From Eledone cirrhosa (taxonomy: Eukaryota), in assembly GCA_964016885.1 (NCBI GenBank), contig OZ024741.1:304668001-304732000 (forward strand): 64,000 nt of DNA, given 5' to 3'. The stretch's first letter is position 1. Each line of letters opens with the position of its first letter. The translations under genes and the position numbers were made by a program. The notes beneath the pieces were generated by a model. It made no database searches. It was not told where the DNA came from and saw only the letters and a list, made by a program, of their open reading frames with translations. This document shows, piece by piece, positions 36,153 to 48,004 of the stretch.

Positions 36153-38074
36153 TTTCTTCCAGCTCATTGTATTCCGAGTTCAAGTCCTGCTAAGGTCAAC
36201 TTAACAGCCTCGAAGCGATGAAAGACTATTTCTAGAAGAAATTGGTTGTGTTCTGACCTGGAGAGGGATGGACTCTGTCAGGTCTAAAATGCCCAAGACA
36301 TGCAGAGTGTCAGGGCAGTGCCACTAAGACTCCTCCAGGAGTTAAGGGGTATTTACCTTATATCCCAAATATGCATTTTTTTGACCCCGCAGAAATGAAA
36401 ATTAATGGTTTCAGGTTCTATCATCGTGGACCAACCAGTGGCTTGTTAAAGAAATTGATAGAAACTGTATGAATAGATATCCTTTCCATTACACCCTAGT
36501 AGCTACCCTCTCTTTTCAATCTCTCCACCATGAACACCTTTTCTATCGAGTACACCCCGTTTGCTACAACAACCAGCTAGCTTCCCAATACCTATCTCTC
36601 CATCATGTCCCCACCCCCAACATATTGACCACATACCAATACATCCCATACACTAATTAGTCACCCCTACCCATCCCCACAAACACCTATAACCTCAAAC
36701 CTATCTCCCACCCCCTATTGCCCCCTCCACAGGGCTGAGAGAGTTCTACAGTTGATTCTTTGACCAACAACCTTTCTAGTGATGGTGCCATGAAAATACA
36801 TTCAGTACAGGTGGTTGGTGACAGGAAGGGCACCTTGCTGTAGAAACAAAGCCTAATAGGGATGAGAGGACTCTTTAGTGTCAAAGACACAAGAATGTCT
36901 CTAGTGCTGGTAATCAACATGATAAAAGCAACTAGTATACGCTGTAAAGTGGCTGGTGTTCAGAAGGGCATCCAGCCACACAAAGGATTAGGATAGGAAG
37001 ACCCTTCAGTTTGTATCAAAAGACAACTTCTCTAATAATAACTGTTTCTACTTTAGGCACAAGGCCAGCAATTACCCAGTGCATTAACAAGCAGGAAACA
37101 GATGTGATCTCGGCCTGTCTGGTACGCCAGTGGCCAGGCCTCAGTACTGACTTGGTCTTTGTAGACCTGTCCAACCCTTGCTAACAAGGAAATAGACATT
37201 AAATAATGATGATAATGATCACATATATATATATATATTTGCACAATTGCACCTCTCAAAGGCGATGGCACAGGATTGAGATCCCTGGTGTCAAGCAGTA
37301 ATGCAGAAGACCAGCCTTCTCATGTGTATGGGTTGAAACATATACATTTAGTACCACTTTCCCCTTCCCTTCCGTTCCCCTTCACATGCATCTATGTCCT
37401 AACACTCTACCCTTCACCAGCTAAGTGCCCCACTCTAGATGTACCAATCCCTAACCCACATACATGCTTCTTCCCCAATCGCAGTTCAGCTGTAAAGTGG
37501 CCGTTTTGGTTCCATGATAAAAAAACACCCAATCCATGTTATGTAGTTGGCGTCAGGGAGAGCATCCAGTCATAGAAACCAAGCCAGAAACAGTCGCATA
37601 TGAGCAAGACAATGTCATCTGATCTGACTTGTCTCACAGCAAGTCAACTCGTCTAACCTATGCTAGTATGGAAAAATGGACATTAAGCAGTGGAGATGAT
37701 GATATATATATAGAAAGTACTATGTTGATTAGTTTCCACCATTTACTGAAAAAGTATCTTGAGCAGTAACTGATACTCCAAATAAAAAAAACAAACAGCT
37801 CACCCAAATATAATATAGCCCCAATCAACCTATATTCCACAAGGTTATGGAATCATTTGATAAATGTTTGTATTCCCACTAATACATTCTAATCCAACTA
37901 AACTTTAATTCTATAACACAGTAGTCCTGCTTGAGTACTGACTCCAAATCAGTGAAAATTTGTCCAAGCCTTGTACACAAATAATTATGTATATTTCATC
38001 TAGGAGAAAAAGGAAAAAATATACAATATTAAGAAAAATAACCAAATACAGGATATAATAAATAAGAAGCTTAC

Positions 38075-38170
38075 CATATAAGGAGGATATGGAGGTCTTA
38101 AAGCAGGGAAGCTGTTTATTCCAGGCATCATAGCAAATGTTGGTACTCCAAGAGTCATTGGTGGCTGATA
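38075..38170 (-). CDS. IGF2BP: IGF2BP/IMP exon (KH2-KH3 low-complexity linker)
   Basis: YQPPMTLGVPTFAMMPGINSFPALRPPYPPYM; AG/GTAAGC, phase 0-0. Confidence 0.78.
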
Positions 38171-38609
38171 CTGGAAACATAAGTTTGATTCAATAAACAA
38201 TTGAAAAAAATAAATAAAATGTAACATCTATGTTCTAGTAAAATTTAATATAACCACAAAAATTTATTTAGAGTATAAATAAAAAAAAAAAAAAGTTCTT
38301 GTCAAATTGTTAAGAACTGCTATTGCAGTACTTATTTTACTAGCAAAAAGAATGTAGCCCCCCAAAATCATGTGGCTCTTAAGAAATTTGGTAGCAATAA
38401 CACTAACTTATTGCCTTTTAAATGCCTTTATATATGTATGCATGAATGGACCCCTAACTCCTGATGTAGTATACTTTAAACCTTGTCTGAAACCAGTTAA
38501 TTTCTTCCAGAGAAAGATATATAGAGGAAAAAAAAATATCAACCCTACCACCAAACTAGTACTTTTTTTTTTTATCAACTTTGAAAGGATGTATGTGGAG
38601 GTGCATGGC

Positions 38610-38837
38610 CTAACCCCTTAGCATTCACATTACTCTATATATATTATTATATTTTCATGGTAAATGCTTTATCTCACATAATTATCTCAATTAATATTGA
38701 ATCTATGAGATTTTGAAAGTATTTATTTTGAAAACAATACCGTAACATCAGTTTGAGTGACCAGTTACAGCCAGTTTCAACAGAAAAAAGTAGAGAATAC
38801 TGGCCAGTTTTGGGCGGTTTGAACATTAAAGGGTTAA
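38610..38837. mobile_element. piggyBac-type MITE P1
   Basis: TAACCCCTTAGCATT...ATTAAAGGGTTAA. Confidence 0.75.
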
Positions 38838-39095
38838 AGGTAAGGGCATTGGACTTACAATTATCATGTCGAGGGTTCGATTCCTTGGCTAGGTTGTGTT
38901 GCGTTCTTGAGCAAAACACTTTATTTCATGTTACTCCAATATACTCAGCTGAAAATAAGTACCAGCAATAGCTGGGGGTTTTACCCTGGCATCCTATCCA
39001 AGGGGAAGTCTTGTACTCTCAGTCGCTTCACATCATGAAACTGGGTTAATTACTGGCCTAACAAGCCTCCTGGCTTGAGACAGACTTTAGATTTA
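38838..39095 (+). mobile_element. SINE family B
   Basis: Homologous to 5101-5406, B-box GGTTCGATTCC. Confidence 0.75.
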
Positions 39096-39690
39096 AAAGG
39101 ATAAAAGAGAAAGTAGCCCTAGCCATACTACAAATATTCTAACAACTCTGGCAATTCACCACCTGCCTTTACATATACCATAGTGTTAATCACAATAGTA
39201 GTAGTAAGACAGGTCTTTATTACCAGACACAAATACTAACCTCACAAAATCACACACAATATATCAAGAATTGATTATACTTGAAACATTCATTGAAAAC
39301 CAAAAACAAACTAGGAATCCATACATTAGCATGAGGTGAAGATGGTAACATTATAAAATGCTGAAATACAATGAAACCAAAGAGATAATCTGAATCTATG
39401 AATAATAGCAATGATATTGACTTAGTAACCATGCTATTTATGACAAAATGTTATCTCTTCTGTCTCTAGGGAGCTTATACCGAACTTGCTCAATTATTTT
39501 GCATAGTAAAAAAAAACCATGTAAAGCTTAATTTAAGCTAACATACTTTCGATATAATTTCGGCTGTTGAAGTCATTTAGTAGATTTAAAGAATTACTTT
39601 TGAAATCAACAAAATGCTAAGTTACCTCCCTTGGAATATATCTAATAAAGAGATAAGGCTAAATAGAAAACAAATTGAACTAATCGATTA

Positions 39691-40435
39691 CCGAATATAC
39701 TTGAATATAAGTACACACCCCTCCTATTTTATACCAGAGAAATGAGCAAAAAACTAAACCTTGTCTATAAACAGTTTTGTCTATGGCGTGGTTTTGAAAT
39801 CTTCATGAGTAGTGACTTATGAAGTTTTAATATTTTGATATTTAAAATGTTCTCAGTGTAATTAGGAGTACAATTTTGTTTCACAACCTAATGGTTTTTT
39901 ATCATTTCATCCATTAGATTCAACAAATTTCTCGAATTTTTGTTTACTTCTGGCCAACTGAAATGCTGAGAGTATTTTGCCCTTATTTTTTTTTTTTAAA
40001 AGAAATCAACAATAGTACTATCTCCAAAATGTAACCAATTTTTATTTAATATACACATCTAATGTAACATTTGCCTTAAAAGACTTGGAAACAATTGAAT
40101 GGCATACAAGTATTAAAGCTTTAGGAAGATATTTACGATTATGCATCTCGCACTAACATGTCCCCTTACCCAGTTAACTACAAAATAAATAATTTCCAAG
40201 CATTTTGAAGGCCAATGTTCATTCAAAATACATCAAAACAATACAAAACGAATTTCATATAAAAAATGAAACCAGTGTAATATTCACCTCCTAAGTGAAA
40301 ATATTTTAGCACCTCATTTATGTAGAATTTGGAGTTGGTGAAAATCGGCAAAATATTGGCCTCGAATATAAGCCAGCCTCATTTACCATCAATTCCCCCC
40401 CCCCCTTATTTTAAGTTATAAACAAGTACATACAG
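39691..40435. mobile_element. Decayed pogo/Tigger-type element
   Basis: TA|CCGAATATACTTGAATATAA ... TTATAAACAAGTACATACAG|TA (15 of 20 inverted match). Confidence 0.5.
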
Positions 40436-41031
40436 TACATCTCTATTTAGCTACCATATATATTATGTGCACAACACACAAGATCAATTACTTACTAAGC
40501 ATTTGTGTTGCAATTTCATCAGCGAATAGATGAAGGAATAAGGAAGAATGACAAGTAAGATGCCATGGATGTATGACAAATGTGGTGGGAAGGATGAGAT
40601 TGGTCTATGGGAGGAGAGCACAGATTATGAGAATAGCTAATATAGAACTATGTGGTCTGGTTAGATTTAAAAGGGTATGATGGGAATTAAAGGAATATGA
40701 GTAATCTCAGATAGCTTCAGGGAATATGAGAGTGTAGCATGCTTATATCGGGCATCTTGCTTTTATACTGGTAGGCAGGTCTTCTCCAGTAGCTCATGTC
40801 ACCAGTCGTTACAGACCTTTATCTCTATTGTGAAATACAGTTTCCATCTATGAAATCCTCTCACAAGGCATTGTATATATTAGTTAACCACATAATTGTG
40901 ATGTGGGGTTGGAACCTGAAATTAACCAGGTGGACTTGCAAGTATTTTACAGTCGAAAAATTCAATAGCTACAAAGCTTGTAACAAAGCACATAAGCCCC
41001 TAAGAGAAAAAAAAAAATAGAAAAAACTCAC

Positions 41032-41173
41032 AGTCATCTGTTGAGAATCTTGAGCATAAAATTTCCTCATTCTTTCCGATATCATCTTTTCAGCTTTGGA
41101 CATAGCATCTGGTGAACCACTTATTGTAATCACTCGGTCAATGAAACAATTATTCACATTTGCATCGTTGATA
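41032..41173 (-). CDS. IGF2BP: IGF2BP/IMP exon (KH2 second half)
   Basis: INDANVNNCFIDRVITISGSPDAMSKAEKMISERMRKFYAQDSQQMT; phase 2-0. Confidence 0.92.
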
Positions 41174-41942
41174 CTAAATAAGAGGAAAAGAACCAATGTT
41201 ATCAAAGGATCCAATAAAACAAAGTAAATAACATATTTCCTTAATCCTAGTGCTCAAGAAAGAGAAACTAGGTGAAAAGGAATTAAACTTTTTCATTTGT
41301 AGGAAATCTCAGTGAAAAATAGATTAGTTAATTTGTAAGAATTACTCTTAACCCTTTAAGTTAACAGCCCAGCCAAAACCAGTTTTAAAGGTTTCCAATT
41401 AAAATTAAAATTTTCCATCATAATTTTAGATAAGAACCTTACATTAAGTTTCTATCTTAGTAATGAAATAATTTTAGTAAATCCCTCAAAATTCTTTGTT
41501 AACTAAAGTGTATTTCATTAGAAATGCAGTTATGAAAGGGTTAACATTCTGTAAGGATTTAGCAAAAAATAGCTCAAAGTGGCTTTGTCAATTCAAATGT
41601 TTACAATATCTTTACTAGAGAACAGATCAGAAAATTTTCAGTAAATTAGACTAATTTTAATTAGATGCAGTCATAGTGTTGTTTTGTACTTTAAAAAAAA
41701 TGTTTTGTTAATGCAGTTTCATGTGGCATAGGATATTAAGAGTTAATCTACATATTTTACCATCAATTTTTTCTAGATTTTGAAAATCTGAACATTTGTA
41801 TAGCATTTTAAAACTAGTCTTTCAACTGAATGTTATACATACTATTAATTACTTAACTGCAAATAAGTAGTAACATGTAGCTAAACCAAGAGAAGAGTAA
41901 TGGAGGGGGAAAATAAGGATAAGGAGAAAAAGAGTACAGTAC

Positions 41943-42059
41943 CTGGACACCATAATGTGTGAATCTGAGTCTTGCATGATATTTTTTATTACACTACCAT
42001 GTTTACCAATCATACGACCACAGAGACTATTTGGACATAATATTCGTAAAGAGTTTGTT
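41943..42059 (-). CDS. IGF2BP: IGF2BP/IMP exon (KH2 first half)
   Basis: TNSLRILCPNSLCGRMIGKHGSVIKNIMQDSDSHIMVS; phase 2-2. Confidence 0.92.
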
Positions 42060-44619
42060 CTGTAAAATACAAAGAATTGTTTCTCTGATATATGAATGTC
42101 TAAGAGAATAAGAGCTGAATGAAACTTACCAAACTCAAAACTCAAAACTAAATTTTGCTAAGTTTACATTTACATCACCATCATGGGTTTGACGGGTTGT
42201 TACGTTCTGAGGATAGAAGGTTAGACGGCTGTCTTTCTCAAATTCCATTCTAGTATGGTTTGTATAGCAAGTTGACCTTCCTAATACCAACCACTTCACA
42301 GCATGTACCAGATCTGTTTTCTCATAGCACCAGTACTACCACTTTACAGTGTAGGCTGAGTATTATTTTGTGGCACCTGCATGTCCACATTCCAGTGTTG
42401 GCCAAGTGCATTTTATTGTGGAACTAGTATTACCATGTTTCAACACTAAGGTGATTGTATCCTTGGCCGAGCTAAGAGGACTGTGGTTATACACAAAACT
42501 AATTCCTGCTCAGATAATTTAACCCTTTTGATACCAACCCAGCTAAAACTGGCTCTGGTTCTATGAAATAAAACCATCTATTTAAATTTAAATCTTTCAA
42601 CAAAATTTTATATAAGAACTATATATTAAGTTACTATCCCAATAATGAAATCATTAATATTTTTATTAAAACCATAAAAAACAGCTGGCATAGAGTGATC
42701 TCATCTTGCTCATACATTCCATTTTGGCATAGTTTGTGGCATCTGCACTACCACTTTACAGGGTGTACTGGAGCATTTTATTGTGGGACCAGCACTAGAT
42801 ACATTGTCATATGCTAAACCCATTATTGTCTGTTCAATTATCAACACTGTAACCTCGCGTATCTCCCCAGTTTTAGTGTCGCTGATTAGTTGAGTATCAT
42901 ACCTTACTGCCAATCATATTTCAGAAATTGGGGAAATTTCTAAAATTATGAATGATAGAAAATATGCCAATTAGAATTTGAGGAAATTGTAAAATTGCTA
43001 CTTTGAATGTTGGTGCTATATTGCAGTATCTGCTATTCTGAATAATACACTATCAGGTTGATATTACTGAAAATGAGTTTATAGAACCCAAGAAAACTTT
43101 GATTTAACATTTTTGATACCAATGAGTCTGAGACCTCTTCTGCTTCCATGATACAAATCTATCCCTTTCAAATTATTTATATGTAAAAATAAACCTTTTA
43201 TCATAATTGTATCTAAGAGCCTTTTGTTAAGTTATATTCTAAACTGTAGCTAACGATTTTCCAAATTCTTTATTGTTTTAGAAATTTATTGAAACATTGG
43301 TTGATAATATATATTTCATTTGAAATCTAGTCATGAAAAGGTTAAAAAAATAAATGGGAACTTTTAAATGCGGTGATGAGGTGCATCATTTTTTATAAAC
43401 CTTGTCAAATTTAGTAGCACATCTATTCCAGAATGTTTTTCAAAATAACATTACAATCGTAAATTGGAATTCAATTTTAGATAATACCTTATCATTTATC
43501 CGTCCTAAGACATTAATCCGTATTCTATATAGTGATCAAACAAATCAATAACAATCTCAAATTCCTGTTAAAAAACTCAATGGAGACAAAAGGTTGAGGA
43601 TTCAACCCCTGTCTGCATAGAAAACTGACATAAAATACAAAAATGAAAATTACAACAAAAATCAATACATTGAGAGTGATTTAGACAATGAAACTTGTGA
43701 AAGTGGTGAGGAAAGTAGCAATTCAAGTGAACAAATTGACACAGCTGATATTGATATGGGTGGTGAAGATTATGTAAATCTAGATGAAGGGTGAGTAGAC
43801 ACATTTACTGTGCTTTGTGTGATTCTGTCCATTAGTTTGCCTGCAATCATTACTTTTGAACTGTGTATGCAACTATTTATTTCTTTTACTCAGGAGCCCA
43901 GGTGGAGGGTAAATACAAGCTGCTTCAATGCAGGGGTTTTTTGGGGTTTTTTTTAAACTATGAAAATTAGTCAAACAAGTTGGAGACAAGACCCAAGAGA
44001 CAGAAAAAGTGGACAGTATTGTTTGTGAGTGTCCACTTGTCCTGCCCAATTTTTTTTTTTTTTTTTCATAGTGTAAAAAACCTGCCTTGAAGCAGCTTAC
44101 ATTAAGCTAACAGACATTCAACATTTGCTCAATGCTTTGTGAATATGATTATTTCTTTATTTTCAATAATGTTTCAATACAAATTAAAATATACAGTTCA
44201 GCAAAATCAAAGTATTGGTTGTTGTTTAGCCCTGATTGAGCAGGTCTTATAACCATCCTTTGTGTATCTCATTTTTTAAAATGTAAGTGTGATTTACCTG
44301 CTGTTCCTAGCAGGTTTAACAAATACTTAGAGACCCACTTCTCAGCACAAAACTACTGAGTCTATGCCGAACATCTAAGAAACTATCTTCTTGGCATATG
44401 GAACTACTAAGCAGCTACTAGTCAGCAGCTCATGATAAATATTTGCCATTAGTTTCACATATAGCACAGAGGGTCAAATTTTTTAAGAAAGAAAATGTTA
44501 CAGACATCAAATAACCAGCAGGTAGTTCCCTCTAACCCATACCAACATGGAAAGCAGGCATAAACTGATGAATCTATATAAACTTAATGGGAAAATAATA
44601 TTGTTTAAATAAAACAAAC

Positions 44620-44711
44620 CGGTTTAATGAAGTTGCTTCTTGCTGTATAACTTTCATCAATTCCCTGCATGCAGTTGTGCAACTGCCTGAGCTGCCTTTG
44701 ATAGTTACCAG
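44620..44711 (-). CDS. IGF2BP: IGF2BP/IMP exon (KH1 end)
   Basis: LVTIKGSSGSCTTACRELMKVIQQEATSLNR; AG/GTTTGT, phase 0-2. Confidence 0.88.
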
Positions 44712-45089
44712 CTAGGAAACAAAAAAAAAAAAAATACAAAATTTAATGGTGGAAAGTTTTTGCTTCTTTTGCATGCATAATATTAAGGATGTTAGATATG
44801 TTGATGTAGTATTCATGAGTGTATATATGTATAAACCCATAACTCTTGGAGTCATAAGGGCATTGTGACACATGGCATGTCTTTGGCCTTTTAAACCTGG
44901 GAGACCATCCCTTCATCATGTCTGAACACAGTTGATTCTAACTGTGTCATGTCTCAAAAAATGTATTCAAATTCTTAATTAATTTAACATGTTACTCTGC
45001 GAGCAAGGGAATAGCTACTAAAAATGACCCCCACCCCACCCCCCACACACAGATGTATCGGGTTGCATTTTATGCTGGCAGATAGGTCT

Positions 45090-45768
45090 TCAGTATAGAA
45101 TGTCACCAATCCTTGTTGTGAGGTTCAGCTTTTGAAGGTTAACCTTTAATACCCCATGCCATGTCTTCCCATGACTGCCTATTCCACAAGTTCCACCTAC
45201 TGAGATTTCTTTGCACTTCTTTATACATGTCACCTTCCATACCAACACCTTTCTCTTGCACACTACATTCAATTTTTCATATCCCAAGTTTTTCTGTCAG
45301 CTTGCTTATGCTATATCACTCATTTCTTTTTAGCCTTTGTAAGTCTTCTGCAGTCAAGGACCATGTTTCACTACCATGTAACATTGCAGTTCATATGCAG
45401 GCATCATACAGTCTACCCTTCAATGAGAGAAAAGCTGTTTGTTGTCAGCAGGAGTACTAATTCTCTAAACTTCTAGCCTGTCCTTGCTCTGGCTTCTAGG
45501 CTTTCTGAGTATCCTTGCCAACTGCTAATAAGGCCATCTGGGCAACAACCTCTAGGGAGAGTCCCTAACTAATGAGATCTATTTCATGTGTGCTCATAGT
45601 GCTTACTTTTATGCACCTACTGCATATAAAATCTATCTTCTCCATTAGCTTGTCTGCAATCCTACTACATCTCTTGTGTGGCTATAGATTACACTGTGTG
45701 TACTTTATGGAGTTTCTGCCCACCTCTTTTCAACAATAGGAAAACAGACATTAAATAATGATGATGCT

Positions 45769-45770
<2 letters not shown>
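45090..45770 (-). mobile_element. Decayed RTE LINE fragment
   Basis: Reverse strand GRLYDACI...LHGSETW motifs. Confidence 0.75.
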
Positions 45771-45809
<39 letters not shown>

Positions 45810-46330
45810 GATTGGAATATTTTCAAATCAATGAACCAAGATTGGTAATCATGATAAGTATGCTGAAAAAATAATTCTAAGTTTAAATTTATTGATGGTT
45901 GTTGCAATTCAAAATGAATGCCCGAGTGCTCAGCAGATTACATGGTAAAAAAAGAAATCAGATTTTATCCAGTTAATCATCTAACATCATGTACCACATG
46001 AAACTGCATTAGAAGAACATTCTCAAAAAGCATAAAACAGTATCGTGACTGGATTATATTAAAAATTCAAGTCAATGTTGCCAAATTTCACAATTTTCTG
46101 TTCAATAGAGAAAATACTACAAACATTTGAATTAACAAACCCATTTTTAGACATTTTCAGCTAAATCATTAGGGTGGAAATAGTTAATCTATCAAATCAT
46201 TTACCAATACATATTCTGCAACGTTTTTAGTAGTATATCTATCTTCAATAAATGATAAATTCTAATAAAACCCCTTTTCTTAAAACTTGACAGAAGAAAA
46301 AGAAATGAATAAAAAGGAACCCAAACTCAC

Positions 46331-46373
46331 CGTCTCTGAAGCAGAATTATCAGGAGGCCGATGTACATCTATT
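46331..46373 (-). CDS. IGF2BP: IGF2BP/IMP small exon (KH1 variable loop)
   Basis: IDVHRPPDNSASET (compare vertebrate IDVHRKENAGAAEK); AG/GTGAGT, phase 2-0. Confidence 0.88.
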
Positions 46374-46561
46374 CTGGAATAATATAGAACACAGCTTAGA
46401 AGCAGCAAATATGGTGAGGCAGAACGTTTTCAGCACATCAAGCAGTCTAGTTCTAACTCCTACATGGAACTCATACACCTTATGCTAATTTTTATGATGA
46501 ACAAATAAATATTGCTACTTTTAAACAGCCAGCTTTAGTTTAAGATCATTTATTATGACAA

Positions 46562-47541
46562 TCATCATCATCATCATCATCACCGTTTTACGTCCGTTCT
46601 TCCACGCTAGCATGGGTTAGACGGGTTGTCCTGTTGTGGGCAGTGTCTGGTCGGCTGACCATGCCTTGCTCATACAGGAACTGATCTGGCTTGATTTCTA
46701 CAGCTGGATGCCCTTCCTAACACCAACCTCATTTACAGTGAGTGCTGGGTGCTTTTTCGTGGCGCCTACACGTCCACTTTACAGTGTGGGCTGGGTGCTT
46801 TTTTGCCGTGGCACCTCCACGACCACCTTGCGGTGGGGGGGGGGGGGGGGGGGGGGGGGCATATTGTTTATATGCTTCAGCTTGTACCCATGGGAGGTCG
46901 GGTACCCTGTATTACTGCGTGACGCCAGAAGTCACGGTCGTGTGTCATTGACTTTGAGAGGTGTAGTTGGGTAAGGTCGGCTTTTATCACCTCATCCCAA
47001 GTCATCTTGGGTCTCCCCCACTCCGCGGTTTCCATCAACTTCTAGTGCTCTGCACCTTTTTATGCAGCTGTCATCCTTCATACGCATCACATGTCCATAC
47101 CAGCGTAACCGCCTCTCCTGCACGCAGCATTTGATTCCTCTTATGCTCAGTCTCTCTCTCAATTCATTTATGCTTTGTCGTTCACGTATATTACTGTTAC
47201 ACATCCATCGGAGCATGCAGGCTTCGTTTCTCTCTAATCTACGTAAGTCTTCCACCTTCAGCGCCCAGGTCTCACTACCATGCAACATCGCTGTTCGGAT
47301 ACACGCATCATACAGTCTGCCTTTCATTCTGAGGGAGAAGCCTTTTGCAGCTAGCAGTGGTAGTAGTTCCCTAAACTTCTTCCATCTCGTTCTTACCCTA
47401 GTTATTGTACTTTCTGCGCACCCACCTCCGTTGCTAATTCGGTCACCTAGGTAGCAGAAGCTGTCTACTGTTTCTACAGGGCCCTCCCAGAGATTGGTGG
47501 TACTTGTTTCCTGTGGCTGTTTGCTTGCTGTTTCAGCACAA
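46562..47541 (-). mobile_element. RTE LINE subfamily A, 5'-truncated copy 3
   Basis: Reverse complement of 18040-19010; possible ACAAT TSD. Confidence 0.95.
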
Positions 47542-48004
47542 TGTGATATAAAATGTTAATGTCATAAACTGAAGCTAACTCATAGACTTACTTTATCATG
47601 ATGTTACCATACTACATAGTATGATGTTAAAAGTGGTATTGCAAAAAAAAAAAAAAAAAAAAAAAAATTAAATAAATAACTAATGAAATAATATTTAATT
47701 AGACCTTACTGCTTAAATAATATTTAATTAGACCTTACTGCTTAAACTAGAAATTTGTGCTCCCCCAATGAAATAAATTCATTTTTAATATATAATAAAT
47801 TGAAATATATTTACAGACATAAAAAAAACATGGGAGATTTTAAAATATATTTTTATGCGGGGTGGGGATTATAATAGTACTATAATATATCTTTATCAAA
47901 GATAAACAATAGTTGGATGGTATCTAACTCCTAGTTCAGAAAATAAGTTTCCAACTAACTAGCCTTGGCAAACATCATTTATAACAATATATATAACCAA
48001 TTAA

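Noticed and set aside
47686-47743. 29-bp tandem duplication (also 21 bp at 58704-58746)
   Set aside because: Simple two-copy slippage duplications with no further structure
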